From the NCBI RefSeq assembly GCF_041886205.1, contig NZ_CP169029.1: a stretch of 64,000 bases of DNA. One strand, written 5' to 3'. The notes below the pieces were generated by a model that was given only the letters and a program-made list of their open reading frames with translations, had not been told where the DNA came from and did no database searches. This document shows, one piece after another, positions 23,762 through 35,377 of the stretch. The number at the start of each line of letters is the position of its first letter. Positions within the stretch are counted from its first letter, which is position 1. The stretch is from Escherichia coli (GTDB lineage Bacteria > Pseudomonadota > Gammaproteobacteria > Enterobacterales > Enterobacteriaceae). Position numbers and translations under genes: made by a program.

Positions 23762-24216
23762 TGGAGTTAATGGTCGTTCATCCACATATTTTCTGGCTCA
23801 GTCTCGGCGGTTTGCTGCTGGCAGCCGAGATGCTGGGCGGAAATGGTTATTTGTTGTGGAGCGGCGTGGCAGCGGTGATTACCGGCCTGGTGGTCTGGCT
23901 GGTGCCGCTGGGTTGGGAGTGGCAAGGGGTAATGTTTGCCATCCTGACGCTGCTCGCCGCCTGGCTGTGGTGGAAATGGTTGTCGCGGCGGGTGCGCGAA
24001 CAAAAGCACAGCGATAGTCATTTAAACCAGCGCGGGCAGCAGCTGATTGGCCGACGTTTTGTGCTGGAATCTCCGCTGGTCAACGGGCGCGGTCATATGC
24101 GCGTCGGTGACAGTTCATGGCCTGTCAGCGCCAGCGAGGATCTCGGTGCAGGTACGCATGTTGAAGTCATTGCGATAGAAGGGATAACCCTACATATCCG
24201 AGCCGTCTCGTCTTAA
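23758..24216 (+). CDS. ybbJ: NfeD-like inner membrane protein
   Basis: 152-aa ORF overlapping qmcA stop by 4 bp (ATGA). Confidence 0.85.
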
Positions 24217-24624
24217 TCACCCTGCCCGATGATGACAGCAGCCGGAGAGATTTTCGATAATCGGGCAGTCGGCGCTGTCATCGCCAGGGCAGGCATTCGC
24301 CAGTGCCAGCAGCTGGTCGCGCATGGATTGCAGCTCCTCAATGTGTCGTTCGATCTCCGCCACCTTCTCCAGCGTGCGCCGTTTGACGTCGGCGCTGTGC
24401 CGCTGCGGGTCGTTAAACAGATTCACCAGCTCGCCGCTCTCTTCCAGGTTAAAGCCCACCTGCCGTGCCTGGCGCAGTAAGGTCAGTTCGTTGAGATGCT
24501 GCTGCGTGTAGGTGCGATAACCGTTTTCGCTGCGCATCGGCGGCGTCACCAGCCCCTTCTCTTCATAGAAGCGAATGGCTTTGCTGGTCAGGCCGGTAAT
24601 TTTTGCTACATCGCTGATGTTCAT
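24217..24624 (-). CDS. cueR: MerR-family copper-responsive regulator
   Basis: [24 protein letters not shown] and C-terminal Cys pair, 135 aa. Confidence 0.92.
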
Positions 24625-24748
24625 CGTTCGCGCAACGCCTCCTGTGCTTTGTTAAAGGGTTTCAACAGATATTCAAGCACGTTTTTTTGCCAGTGCGAAT
24701 ATCGACCGCCACCACAATAATACAGGAAGTACTGCGCACAGAGAGATG

Positions 24749-26041
24749 TTATACGGTTTTATTGCGCTTCATGACCATTGCCACAATAAGGCTGAGTAAG
24801 AGTGAGCCAATAATCCATATCAACGCACGGCTACCCTGGGACCACAGACTGTAGATAAAGCCAACGATCACCAACAACATCACCAACGTACCAACGATAA
24901 GAATCGGCAACGAGGCGTGAATATCATGACGCAGGCGGATCGCCACCACAAACACCGCCAGGTAGCAAATCAAAAAGGTGGCGCTGGCAACGCTGGCGAG
25001 TGAGCCTAAATTCAGTGCCGCCGTCATCAGCATAATCAACACCACGACAATAATGTTGCCCCAGGTACTCTGCCGCCACAGGGATTTATTCATTAGCTTC
25101 GGCAGTTCGCGTTCGCTGCCCATGTTGTCCATGATGTTAAACACGGCGAACAGGTTCGCGTTAATGGCTGAAGCCGTCGCCAGTAAAGCGCCGATGACGA
25201 CGATCACATAACCCACATGCCCGAGCAGCGGAGAAGCAGCCTGCGCTACGGCGGTATCGGCATATTTTTCTAACTCTAATGCCGATACATCGCTAAGCAA
25301 AACCAGTGCCAGCGAGATATAAAGCAACGTGGTAACGCCAATCGCCACCAGAAACGCCCGCGGCATAATGACCTGCGGATCTTTCACTTTATCCGCCGCG
25401 TTCGCCATCATGCCAAAGCCCGCATAGGCAAGGAAAGTTATCCCAATACAGGAGAAGAACGCACCGGAGCTGGGGGGCGCAGAGACGGAAATATGCGCCG
25501 GTTGCAGCGACCAGACACCGGCAATAATCAGCAATAACAGGATCATCATTTTAATGCCGACGAGGATCACTTCCAGCCGCCCTACCGCATGGTTGCTTAA
25601 GGAGTTGAAAAGCGTCATCACCGCAATGATCCCCAACGCGTAGAGCAAAATAAGGTGCTCCTCCTGGCTGCCTTCATGCAAAAACTGCACGGCATAAGCG
25701 CCAAAAGCACGGGCGACCATGGCGATGCTCACCGCCAGCGTCAACAGGTACAGTAACGAGAGCGCCAGCGAAAAGACGCCGTTACCTAATCCGCGACGAA
25801 AGAAGTCGATAATGCCGCCATTGCTGGGATAGCTCGCCCCCAGGCGCGCATAGGCATAACCGGAAAACATCGCCACAATACCGCCAAAAGCAAAGGCGAC
25901 CCAGGTCGAGGCTTCCATTAGCAATGCAGCCTGCCCCAGCAGCGCGAAGATCCCCGCCCCCACCATTGCCCCAATGCCGATGGAAACGACGTTCCATAGA
26001 CCGAGAGGTTTGTTACCGTTATTACCTTCCGTGTTCATCAT
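24749..26041 (-). CDS. ybaT: APC-family amino-acid transporter
   Basis: 430-aa polytopic membrane ORF, directly downstream of glsA. Confidence 0.85.
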   Translation of the reverse strand: MMNTEGNNGNKPLGLWNVVSIGIGAMVGAGIFALLGQAALLMEASTWVAFAFGGIVAMFSGYAYARLGASYPSNGGIIDFFRRGLGNGVFSLALSLLYLLTLAVSIAMVARAFGAYAVQFLHEGSQEEHLILLYALGIIAVMTLFNSLSNHAVGRLEVILVGIKMMILLLLIIAGVWSLQPAHISVSAPPSSGAFFSCIGITFLAYAGFGMMANAADKVKDPQVIMPRAFLVAIGVTTLLYISLALVLLSDVSALELEKYADTAVAQAASPLLGHVGYVIVVIGALLATASAINANLFAVFNIMDNMGSERELPKLMNKSLWRQSTWGNIIVVVLIMLMTAALNLGSLASVASATFLICYLAVFVVAIRLRHDIHASLPILIVGTLVMLLVIVGFIYSLWSQGSRALIWIIGSLLLSLIVAMVMKRNKTV

Positions 26042-26043
26042 GA

Positions 26044-26976
26044 TCAGCCCTTAAACACGTTATAGCCGAGTTGCTTAGCGACCGATGCCACCATTTTTTG
26101 ACCGCGAACACTGTTGCCTTCTTCGTCCAGCGGTGGTGAGAACGCGGCAATTCCCATCACGCCAGGGACGACCGCCAGAATACCGCCACCTACACCGCTT
26201 TTGCCCGGTAAACCAACGCGATACGCCCAGTCACCGGAGCGACCATACAGCCCTTCCATCATCATTTCGGCCAGAATATACGGCACGTTGTCGGCCTGAA
26301 GAACGCGTTCATGCGTCAGCGGATTCACCCCCCCCGCCGCCAGCGTCGCGCCAAGCGTTGCTAGTTCAACAGTATTGATGAGCGTGGAGCACTGACGGGT
26401 ATACACGTCACAGGCTTCCATTGCATCACAATAGAGATATCCGGCGGAGTACAGCAGCCAGGCAATGGCCCGGTTATGGAAGTTGGTTGTTTGTTCCGAC
26501 AGGTTGACTTCGTCAGAGAGCGCTACCAGCTCACCAGCCAGTTGCTGTTGGATATGTAAAATTCGCTGCCAGCGTTGTTCGGCATTTTCAGCGTTAATCA
26601 GGCTGGTGGTGGCAATAGCGCCAGCATTTACCAGTGGCGAAAGCGGTTTGCCGCCATGCAACTCTAAGGCGATAACTGAGTTAAAGGGCAATCCGGTCGG
26701 GTCAGCGCCAATTTTGTCCTGTACCGCCTGCGGGCCGACATCTTCTAACGCGAGGGCTAACGTACAGACTTTCGAGATGGATTCCAGCGCAAAGCGGTAA
26801 TCACTGTCACCCGCACTATAGACGTTGCCATCGCTGGTCACGATAGCCACTGCTGCCAGTTGACCAGGCACATTCGCCAGAAAGGGAATGTAATCGGCAT
26901 TTTGTCCGCCGTTAAGTGAGTGAAATTGGGTGTGAGCCTGATCCACTGCCTGCTGTAATTTGTTTGCATCTAACAT
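26044..26976 (-). CDS. glsA: glutaminase 1
   Basis: 310-aa serine-dependent glutaminase ORF. Confidence 0.9.
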   Translation of the reverse strand: MLDANKLQQAVDQAHTQFHSLNGGQNADYIPFLANVPGQLAAVAIVTSDGNVYSAGDSDYRFALESISKVCTLALALEDVGPQAVQDKIGADPTGLPFNSVIALELHGGKPLSPLVNAGAIATTSLINAENAEQRWQRILHIQQQLAGELVALSDEVNLSEQTTNFHNRAIAWLLYSAGYLYCDAMEACDVYTRQCSTLINTVELATLGATLAAGGVNPLTHERVLQADNVPYILAEMMMEGLYGRSGDWAYRVGLPGKSGVGGGILAVVPGVMGIAAFSPPLDEEGNSVRGQKMVASVAKQLGYNVFKG

Positions 26977-27167
26977 CTTTTGTTAACTCCTTTTTATAGA
27001 TGCGGGAGGTAATTCCTCACCCCGGTGCCGATTTTCAGGCATCCTGATTTAACTTAGCACCCGCAACTTAACTACAGGAAAACAAAGAGATAAATGTCTA
27101 ATCCTGATGCAAATCGAGCCGATTTTTTAATCTTTACGGACTTTTACCCGCCTGGTTTATTAATTTC

Positions 27168-27198
27168 TTGACCTTCCCCTTGCTGGAAGGTTTAACCT
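27168..27198 (+). promoter_or_regulatory. CueR-dependent copA promoter (MerR-type, 19-bp spacer with dyad)
   Basis: ttgacc -35 followed by inverted repeat ccttccccttgctggaagg, about 45 bp upstream of copA ATG. Confidence 0.7.
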
Positions 27199-27237
27199 TT
27201 ATCACAGCCAGTCAAAACTGTCTTAAAGGAGTGTTTT

Positions 27238-29742
27238 ATGTCACAAACTATCGACCTGACCCTGGACGGCCTGTCCTGCGGTCACTGCGTTAAACGCGTG
27301 AAAGAAAGTCTTGAACAGCGTCCGGATGTTGAGCAGGCGGATGTGTCTATCACTGAAGCGCACGTTACCGGGACTGCCAGTGCAGAACAGCTGATCGAAA
27401 CCATCAAACAAGCGGGTTATGACGCATCTGTAAGCCACCCAAAGGCTAAACCGCTGGCGGAGTCATCAATCCCGTCGGAAGCACTGACAGCGGTTTCTGA
27501 GGCGCTTCCGGCAGCGACCGCCGATGACGATGACAGCCAGCAGTTGCTGCTGAGCGGCATGAGCTGCGCCAGCTGTGTCACCCGCGTACAAAATGCGTTG
27601 CAAAGCGTACCGGGCGTCACTCAGGCACGGGTAAACCTGGCGGAGCGTACTGCGCTGGTGATGGGCAGTGCCTCCCCACAAGATTTAGTGCAGGCGGTGG
27701 AAAAAGCGGGCTACGGTGCGGAAGCGATTGAAGATGACGCTAAACGCCGCGAGCGCCAGCAAGAAACCGCCGTAGCTACGATGAAGCGCTTCCGCTGGCA
27801 GGCAATTGTTGCACTGGCTGTGGGTATCCCGGTAATGGTCTGGGGGATGATCGGCGATAACATGATGGTCACCGCTGACAACCGCAGCTTGTGGTTAGTT
27901 ATCGGCCTGATAACCCTGGCAGTGATGGTTTTCGCCGGCGGCCATTTTTACCGCAGTGCATGGAAAAGCCTGCTGAACGGTGCAGCGACGATGGATACGC
28001 TGGTGGCGCTGGGAACGGGTGTGGCGTGGCTCTATTCGATGAGCGTCAACCTGTGGCCGCAGTGGTTCCCGATGGAAGCGCGGCATCTTTACTATGAAGC
28101 CAGTGCGATGATTATCGGTCTGATTAATCTCGGCCATATGCTGGAAGCGCGCGCACGTCAGCGTTCTTCTAAGGCGCTGGAGAAATTACTCGATTTAACC
28201 CCACCGACGGCGCGAGTGGTCACCGCAGAGGGTGAAAAAAGCGTGCCGCTGGCGGAAGTTCAGCCAGGGATGTTACTGCGCCTGACGACCGGCGATCGCG
28301 TGCCGGTAGATGGCGAGATTACCCAGGGCGAAGCATGGCTGGATGAAGCGATGCTGACGGGCGAACCAATCCCACAGCAAAAAGGCGAAGGCGAAAGCGT
28401 CCATGCCGGGACAGTGGTACAGGACGGCAGTGTGCTGTTTCGTGCCAGTGCGGTTGGCAGCCATACCACGCTGTCACGGATCATTCGCATGGTGCGCCAG
28501 GCCCAGAGCAGCAAGCCAGAAATCGGTCAGCTGGCGGATAAAATCTCAGCCGTATTTGTACCTGTGGTGGTGGTGATTGCGCTGGTCAGTGCGGCAATCT
28601 GGTACTTCTTTGGTCCGGCACCGCAAATTGTTTATACCCTGGTGATTGCCACCACGGTACTGATTATCGCCTGTCCGTGTGCGCTGGGGCTGGCGACGCC
28701 GATGTCGATTATTTCCGGCGTCGGGCGGGCGGCTGAGTTTGGCGTGCTGGTGCGGGACGCCGACGCGCTGCAACGCGCCAGTACACTCGATACCGTCGTG
28801 TTCGATAAAACCGGGACGCTGACCGAAGGGAAGCCGCAGGTTGTCGCAGTGAAAACGTTTGCTGATGTTGATGAAGCGCAGGCATTGCGTCTGGCGGCGG
28901 CACTGGAGCAAGGTTCCAGCCATCCGCTGGCACGGGCGATCCTCGATAAAGCAGGTGATATGCAGCTGCCGCAGGTCAACGGTTTCCGCACATTGCGCGG
29001 GCTGGGCGTGAGCGGTGAAGCTGAAGGTCATGCGTTATTGCTGGGCAATCAGGCGCTGTTAAATGAGCAACAGGTTGGTACCAAAGCTATCGAAGCGGAG
29101 ATTACTGCTCAGGCATCGCAAGGAGCAACGCCTGTGCTGCTGGCGATTGACGGGAAAGCAATAGCCCTGCTGGCTGTACGCGATCCGTTGCGTAGTGATA
29201 GCGTGGCGGCGCTGCAACGCCTGCATAAAGCGGGATATCGTCTGGTGATGTTGACCGGGGATAACCCAACCACCGCCAATGCGATCGCCAAAGAAGCCGG
29301 GATTGATGAGGTGATAGCCGGGGTGCTGCCGGACGGTAAAGCCGAAGCGATCAAACGTCTGCAAAGTGAAGGACGTCAGGTGGCAATGGTGGGCGACGGC
29401 ATTAACGATGCGCCAGCGCTGGCCCAGGCAGATGTCGGCATTGCAATGGGCGGCGGCAGTGATGTTGCCATTGAAACCGCGGCGATTACCCTGATGCGCC
29501 ATAGCCTGATGGGCGTTGCGGATGCGCTCGCTATTTCCCGCGCAACGCTGCGCAACATGAAGCAGAACCTGCTCGGCGCGTTTATCTACAACAGTATCGG
29601 TATTCCGGTCGCCGCCGGTATTTTGTGGCCGTTTACTGGAACACTGCTTAACCCGGTGGTTGCCGGAGCGGCAATGGCGCTCTCGTCGATTACCGTAGTG
29701 AGTAACGCCAACCGGTTGCTGCGGTTTAAACCGAAGGAATAA
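27238..29742 (+). CDS. copA: Cu(I)-exporting P1B-type ATPase
   Basis: Two GMSCxxC metal-binding domains, [16 protein letters not shown] motifs, 834 aa. Confidence 0.95.
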   Translation: MSQTIDLTLDGLSCGHCVKRVKESLEQRPDVEQADVSITEAHVTGTASAEQLIETIKQAGYDASVSHPKAKPLAESSIPSEALTAVSEALPAATADDDDSQQLLLSGMSCASCVTRVQNALQSVPGVTQARVNLAERTALVMGSASPQDLVQAVEKAGYGAEAIEDDAKRRERQQETAVATMKRFRWQAIVALAVGIPVMVWGMIGDNMMVTADNRSLWLVIGLITLAVMVFAGGHFYRSAWKSLLNGAATMDTLVALGTGVAWLYSMSVNLWPQWFPMEARHLYYEASAMIIGLINLGHMLEARARQRSSKALEKLLDLTPPTARVVTAEGEKSVPLAEVQPGMLLRLTTGDRVPVDGEITQGEAWLDEAMLTGEPIPQQKGEGESVHAGTVVQDGSVLFRASAVGSHTTLSRIIRMVRQAQSSKPEIGQLADKISAVFVPVVVVIALVSAAIWYFFGPAPQIVYTLVIATTVLIIACPCALGLATPMSIISGVGRAAEFGVLVRDADALQRASTLDTVVFDKTGTLTEGKPQVVAVKTFADVDEAQALRLAAALEQGSSHPLARAILDKAGDMQLPQVNGFRTLRGLGVSGEAEGHALLLGNQALLNEQQVGTKAIEAEITAQASQGATPVLLAIDGKAIALLAVRDPLRSDSVAALQRLHKAGYRLVMLTGDNPTTANAIAKEAGIDEVIAGVLPDGKAEAIKRLQSEGRQVAMVGDGINDAPALAQADVGIAMGGGSDVAIETAAITLMRHSLMGVADALAISRATLRNMKQNLLGAFIYNSIGIPVAAGILWPFTGTLLNPVVAGAAMALSSITVVSNANRLLRFKPKE
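27438..27444 (+). promoter_or_regulatory. copA programmed -1 frameshift slippery site
   Basis: CCCAAAG at codons 68-69; -1 frame reads GGC then TAA stop, giving the short CopA(Z) product. Confidence 0.6.
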
Positions 29743-29749
29743 GTACGTC

Positions 29750-30038
<289 letters not shown>

Positions 30039-30057
30039 ATGAAGCGATGTTTTGGCC

Positions 30058-30399
30058 TTACGCGACCTTTTTTGCACGCTCTTCACGGCGTGCCAAATAT
30101 TCAGCCACTGTTTCAATCCGTCCCAATTCTTCCTGGGTGCGCATGTTGTTTTCAACTTCCCAAAGATCAACTGCCGCCTGGAGGTTTAGCCTAAAATCGA
30201 CTGTGGTATCAAAAACTTTCGCCAGACGGAATGCCATCTCAGTGGTGAGTTTACGATTGTTATTGATCAGTGCACTGACGCTATTACGATGAACATGCAG
30301 CAACTCTGCTAACTCATTGATTTTCAAATCGAGCGGTTCCAGATATTCATAGAGAAGAATATCTCCGGGTGTCGTCGGTTTTCTTGTTGCCTGTTTCAT
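30058..30399 (-). CDS. ybaQ: XRE-family HTH protein (HigA-like)
   Basis: MKQATRKPTTPGDILLYEYL... 113 aa from internal Met. Confidence 0.85.
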   Translation of the reverse strand: MKQATRKPTTPGDILLYEYLEPLDLKINELAELLHVHRNSVSALINNNRKLTTEMAFRLAKVFDTTVDFRLNLQAAVDLWEVENNMRTQEELGRIETVAEYLARREERAKKVA

Positions 30400-30536
30400 G
30401 GTTTTTAACTGTTGCTTCCTTGTGAATAGCGATGCAAGAACATACTGAATCATACAAACACATTAAACAAGTCCCCAACTCCATTTGCGCCATCCCTCAC
30501 CGCGCGCTAGCATGATATTTCACAAAGGGAGGTCGT

Positions 30537-31331
30537 ATGGATCTGTTGTACCGGGTAAAAACGCTTTGGGCCGCGCTGCGCGGTAATCATTACACCTGGC
30601 CTGCCATCGATATCACCCTCCCCGGCAATCGCCATTTTCATCTGATTGGCAGTATTCATATGGGTAGCCACGATATGGCTCCCCTGCCCACCCGTTTGCT
30701 CAAAAAGCTCAAAAACGCCGATGCGCTGATCGTCGAGGCGGATGTTTCCACCAGTGATACGCCTTTTGCTAATTTGCCTGCCTGCGAGGCGCTGGAAGAG
30801 CGCATTAGCGAGGAGCAACTCCAAAACCTGCAGCACATTAGCCAGGAGATGGGCATTTCTCCCTCGCTCTTTTCTACCCAACCGCTGTGGCAAATCGCGA
30901 TGGTTCTTCAGGCGACGCAGGCACAAAAACTGGGGCTGCGGGCAGAATACGGTATCGATTACCAGCTATTGCAGGCGGCGAAGCAACAACATAAACCCGT
31001 GATTGAACTGGAAGGGGCTGAAAACCAGATTGCCATGTTGCTCCAGCTCCCTGACAAAGGACTGGCGCTGCTGGACGATACGCTGACCCACTGGCATACC
31101 AACGCACGGTTGCTGCAACAAATGATGAGCTGGTGGCTGAATGCACCGCCGCAAAATAATGATATAACGCTGCCCAATACGTTCAGTCAGTCGCTGTACG
31201 ATGTGCTGATGCATCAGCGAAATCTCGCCTGGCGGGATAAATTACGCGCCATGCCGCCGGGGCGATATGTGGTCGCGGTCGGTGCACTACACCTGTATGG
31301 AGAAGGGAATTTGCCGCAAATGTTGCGCTAA
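30537..31331 (+). CDS. ybaP: TraB-family protein
   Basis: 264-aa ORF, synteny. Confidence 0.85.
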   Translation: MDLLYRVKTLWAALRGNHYTWPAIDITLPGNRHFHLIGSIHMGSHDMAPLPTRLLKKLKNADALIVEADVSTSDTPFANLPACEALEERISEEQLQNLQHISQEMGISPSLFSTQPLWQIAMVLQATQAQKLGLRAEYGIDYQLLQAAKQQHKPVIELEGAENQIAMLLQLPDKGLALLDDTLTHWHTNARLLQQMMSWWLNAPPQNNDITLPNTFSQSLYDVLMHQRNLAWRDKLRAMPPGRYVVAVGALHLYGEGNLPQMLR

Positions 31332-31413
31332 AAAAATGGCCAATATCGCTATTGGCCCGTCAAAGAGGAATTTCATTTTTTTATTATTATGCCGTCACTT
31401 TAAGCGACGGTGT
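31331..31413 (-). ncRNA. chiX: sRNA ChiX (MicM/SroB)
   Basis: Minus-strand sequence acaccgtcgcttaaagtgacggcataataataaaaaaatgaaattcctctttgacgggccaatagcgatattggcc + U-run matches ChiX from memory; terminator hairpin ggccaata/tattggcc. Confidence 0.85.
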
Positions 31414-31533
31414 AACTCGATTGTCGCTCAATCTCACCATCCTGCCAATACTCTTAGGCAAGATGACTCTTTTTTTGGACCGCCATCAGGCGTATGCTTG
31501 CTTCGTTTTTTTGTTTAAGGCAGGAAAATTACC

Positions 31534-32013
31534 ATGACACCCGCAGTTAAATTACTCGAAAAAAACAAGATTTCGTTTCAAATCCATACCTACGAGCACG
31601 ATCCGGCTGAAATCAATTTTGGCGATGAAGTCGTCAAAAAATTAGGTTTGAATCCGGATCAGGTCTACAAAACGCTGCTGGTGGCAGTGAACGGTGATAT
31701 GAAACACCTTGCCGTGGCCGTTACGCCGGTCGCAGGTCAACTGGATCTTAAAAAAGTAGCAAAAGCGCTGGGTGCCAAGAAAGTTGAGATGGCCGATCCG
31801 ATGGTCGCGCAGCGTTCGACGGGATACCTGGTTGGAGGGATTAGCCCACTGGGGCAGAAAAAACGTCTGCCAACGATTATCGACGCCCCCGCACAAGAAT
31901 TTGCCACTATTTATGTTTCCGGCGGCAAGCGCGGACTGGATATCGAACTGGCGGCAGGCGATCTGGCAAAGATCCTCGATGCCAAATTTGCTGATATCGC
32001 CCGCCGCGATTAA
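31534..32013 (+). CDS. ybaK: Cys-tRNA(Pro) deacylase
   Basis: 159-aa ORF, YbaK-type editing domain. Confidence 0.88.
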   Translation: MTPAVKLLEKNKISFQIHTYEHDPAEINFGDEVVKKLGLNPDQVYKTLLVAVNGDMKHLAVAVTPVAGQLDLKKVAKALGAKKVEMADPMVAQRSTGYLVGGISPLGQKKRLPTIIDAPAQEFATIYVSGGKRGLDIELAAGDLAKILDAKFADIARRD

Positions 32014-32018
32014 GCATT

Positions 32019-32042
32019 GTGCCGGATGCAAACATCCGGCAC
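32019..32042. terminator. bidirectional hairpin between convergent ybaK and ushA
   Basis: gtgccggatg-caaa-catccggcac. Confidence 0.6.
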
Positions 32043-32049
32043 TTTCGGA

Positions 32050-33702
32050 TTACTGCCAGCTCACCTCACCTTTCGGTTCATAAACACTCACATCCAGCGG
32101 CGAGCTTTTCTGGATATACGCTTTCAGCACTTCGGCATCAATAAAGCCGGTATTCACATAGCCCGGTTTGTTATCAAGGCGCGGATATCCATCACCGCCG
32201 GTGGCATTGAAGTTTAATGTCGCCATACGGTAAGTTTTCGCTGGATCGACCGGTTCGCCTTTGATTTTAAGGTCGTTCAGTTTGCCGTCTTTCGCCACAA
32301 AGCTAACGTTGGCAAATTGCGGGTAGGCACCTGAATCTGGCTTCATCTGCGCGACGGCGGTCAGGTAATCAATCACCTCTTTACCGGTCATGTCGGCATA
32401 CACCACCACATTGCCGAATGGCTGCACTTTCAGTACGTTTTTATAGCTGATATCGCCTGCTTCGATAGAATCACGAATTCCTCCTCCACTCATCACCGCA
32501 AAGTCGGCACCAGTGCGATCCATTTGGGCTGCCAGAATCAACCGCCCCATATTGGTCTGTACAAAACGCACTTTGTCACGATCGCCTTCCAGACGACCAT
32601 TGGTTTCGCCTATTTTCACTTCCAACTGCGCTTTGCCTTTGTTCTGGAACGGCGATAACAGCGAGATCATTTGCTGGTTTTCAGCGATTTCAGGGGTGTA
32701 CAGCACGCGCTCGCTTTTCCCGTCTTCCCAGGTCACTTTCTTCTTCAGGTTCACCGGAATCAGCTGGTAGTTAACCATTTTCATTTCGCCATTACGAAAC
32801 TCAAAATCAGCCCGTCCCACGTATTTGCCCCACTCATGCGCCTGCACAATCCAGATGCCGTTTTGTTGATCTGGTTTGCATGGCGTACCCGGCACGTAAT
32901 CGACCTGTTTTTTGTTTTCTGCCGCCATGCAGACCGGATCTTGCGAGTGACCACCGACGATCATCGCCAGCGATCCGGCAGGCAGCGCGCGTGCCATCTC
33001 CACATCGCCCGGTGCGTTAGAGCCGTGCTCACCATTATCGTAATGCCCCATATGGGTCGCCGCGATAATAATGTCTGGCTTTTCTGTCTGTTGCAGCTCC
33101 TGAATCACCAGCTTCGCTTCATCGGCGGGCTTACGAAATTCGATATCAGTGAAGTATTCCGGGTTACCAATTTTTGCTGTGTCATCGGTTGTCAGCCCAA
33201 TAACGGCAATTTTCAGATCCTGACGCTTAAACAGCGCCCACGGTTTAAACAGGCGCTCGCCAGTACTTTTCTGGTAGATATTCGCGGAAAGCAACGGGAA
33301 CTTGGCCCACTTTTCCTGCTGGCGTAATACGGTGAGCGGATTATCAAATTCATGATTACCGATCGCCATCGCGTCATAGCCCACCAGATTCATACCGCGA
33401 AAATCAGGTTCGGCATCCTGTAAGTCAGACTCGGGCACGCCAGTGTTAATGTCGCCACCGGAAAGTAGCAGCACGCTACCGCCTTCAGCCGCAACCTCTT
33501 TGCGGATACCATCCACCAGCGTTTTTTGCGCCGCCAGACCATATTCGCCATATTCATTGCGCCAAAAATGCCCATGATGATCATTGGTATGCAGAACTGT
33601 AATTTTGTAGGTTTTATCCTGCTCATACGCCAGAGCAGTTTCACTCGCCAGTGTAAATGTGGTTAACAGCGCTAACGCCACGCCCCGCTGCAATAATTTC
33701 AT
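32050..33702 (-). CDS. ushA: periplasmic 5'-nucleotidase / UDP-sugar hydrolase
   Basis: 550-aa ORF with signal peptide and metallophosphatase motifs (DHH, GNHEFD). Confidence 0.92.
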   Translation of the reverse strand: MKLLQRGVALALLTTFTLASETALAYEQDKTYKITVLHTNDHHGHFWRNEYGEYGLAAQKTLVDGIRKEVAAEGGSVLLLSGGDINTGVPESDLQDAEPDFRGMNLVGYDAMAIGNHEFDNPLTVLRQQEKWAKFPLLSANIYQKSTGERLFKPWALFKRQDLKIAVIGLTTDDTAKIGNPEYFTDIEFRKPADEAKLVIQELQQTEKPDIIIAATHMGHYDNGEHGSNAPGDVEMARALPAGSLAMIVGGHSQDPVCMAAENKKQVDYVPGTPCKPDQQNGIWIVQAHEWGKYVGRADFEFRNGEMKMVNYQLIPVNLKKKVTWEDGKSERVLYTPEIAENQQMISLLSPFQNKGKAQLEVKIGETNGRLEGDRDKVRFVQTNMGRLILAAQMDRTGADFAVMSGGGIRDSIEAGDISYKNVLKVQPFGNVVVYADMTGKEVIDYLTAVAQMKPDSGAYPQFANVSFVAKDGKLNDLKIKGEPVDPAKTYRMATLNFNATGGDGYPRLDNKPGYVNTGFIDAEVLKAYIQKSSPLDVSVYEPKGEVSWQ

Positions 33703-33919
33703 ACTTCTCTCCCTGACCTGATTTCAACGTGTTGAAAAATAGTATGACGCGACATCATAGACAAGTCTGCGTCCGGTGAAGATAAATCTGCATCCAGATT
33801 AGAAATTCTGTATTCGGCGTTGAGACTTCCTTCAGACGACGCATACAGGTATGTTAGTCGGGTAATAATCACAAATAAGATCATTCTTTACATCGCAACC
33901 CTGAAAAAGTGACTTTCCT

Positions 33920-35140
33920 ATGGCAATGAGTGAACAACCCCAGCCTGTGGCGGGCGCGGCTGCGTCAACGACCAAGGCCCGAACATCGTTTGGTATTTTA
34001 GGTGCTATCAGCCTCTCGCATCTGCTGAACGACATGATCCAATCGCTGATTCTGGCGATTTATCCGCTGCTTCAGTCAGAATTTTCTCTGACATTTATGC
34101 AGATTGGCATGATAACCCTCACCTTCCAGCTCGCCTCTTCGCTACTGCAACCAGTGGTCGGCTACTGGACCGATAAATATCCGATGCCGTGGTCGTTGCC
34201 AATTGGCATGTGCTTTACCTTAAGTGGTCTGGTGCTGCTTGCGCTGGCGGGCAGTTTTGGCGCAGTTCTGCTGGCGGCGGCGCTGGTCGGTACCGGTTCA
34301 TCGGTCTTTCATCCGGAATCTTCTCGCGTGGCCCGTATGGCTTCCGGCGGGCGGCATGGCCTGGCACAATCTATCTTTCAGGTCGGCGGCAACTTTGGCA
34401 GTTCCCTGGGACCCTTGCTGGCGGCGGTGATTATCGCGCCTTATGGCAAAGGCAACGTTGCCTGGTTTGTGCTTGCGGCACTGCTGGCGATCGTGGTGTT
34501 GGCACAAATCAGCCGTTGGTACTCGGCACAGCACCGAATGAATAAAGGAAAACCCAAAGCGACGATAATCAATCCACTGCCGCGCAACAAAGTGGTACTG
34601 GCAGTCAGCATTCTGTTAATCCTCATTTTCTCGAAATATTTCTATATGGCGAGCATCAGCAGCTATTACACCTTTTATCTGATGCAAAAATTCGGATTAT
34701 CTATCCAGAATGCCCAGCTTCATCTGTTTGCCTTCCTGTTTGCCGTTGCGGCAGGTACGGTGATCGGCGGGCCTGTAGGGGATAAAATTGGACGGAAATA
34801 TGTGATTTGGGGCTCTATCCTCGGCGTTGCGCCGTTTACGCTGATTTTACCCTACGCCAGCCTGCACTGGACGGGGGTTTTAACGGTGATTATTGGATTT
34901 ATCCTCGCTTCGGCATTCTCTGCCATTCTGGTCTACGCTCAGGAGCTACTTCCGGGACGTATCGGTATGGTTTCTGGACTCTTTTTCGGTTTTGCTTTTG
35001 GCATGGGAGGTCTGGGAGCGGCAGTTCTGGGGCTTATCGCCGATCACACCAGCATCGAGTTAGTCTATAAAATCTGTGCTTTCCTGCCACTATTGGGGAT
35101 GTTGACCATATTCCTGCCTGATAACCGGCATAAAGACTGA
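33920..35140 (+). CDS. fsr: MFS transporter (fosmidomycin resistance)
   Basis: 406-aa 12-TM MFS ORF. Confidence 0.88.
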   Translation: MAMSEQPQPVAGAAASTTKARTSFGILGAISLSHLLNDMIQSLILAIYPLLQSEFSLTFMQIGMITLTFQLASSLLQPVVGYWTDKYPMPWSLPIGMCFTLSGLVLLALAGSFGAVLLAAALVGTGSSVFHPESSRVARMASGGRHGLAQSIFQVGGNFGSSLGPLLAAVIIAPYGKGNVAWFVLAALLAIVVLAQISRWYSAQHRMNKGKPKATIINPLPRNKVVLAVSILLILIFSKYFYMASISSYYTFYLMQKFGLSIQNAQLHLFAFLFAVAAGTVIGGPVGDKIGRKYVIWGSILGVAPFTLILPYASLHWTGVLTVIIGFILASAFSAILVYAQELLPGRIGMVSGLFFGFAFGMGGLGAAVLGLIADHTSIELVYKICAFLPLLGMLTIFLPDNRHKD

Positions 35141-35147
35141 TTTCATT

Positions 35148-35180
35148 GCAGCCAAAGGCAAACTTTGGCTGCATCGTTTT
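35148..35180 (+). terminator. rho-independent terminator after fsr
   Basis: gcagccaaag/ctttggctgc 10-bp stem then T-run. Confidence 0.6.
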
Positions 35181-35377
35181 ACAGTCGCCATAAGCCTTTC
35201 CTCTGTTAAACCGCCTTCTGTTTTCCGATCCGTGCTTTTTTTGCAGCTAATTCCATTTTTCTGCAAAATTCAATAATTATTCATGAACATCATCAATGAA
35301 ATTGTCATAAACTATTACCTGTAATTTTGGTTTTCCCGGCCAAAAATGGACAATAACCACCAGGAAAAGGAGACGGA

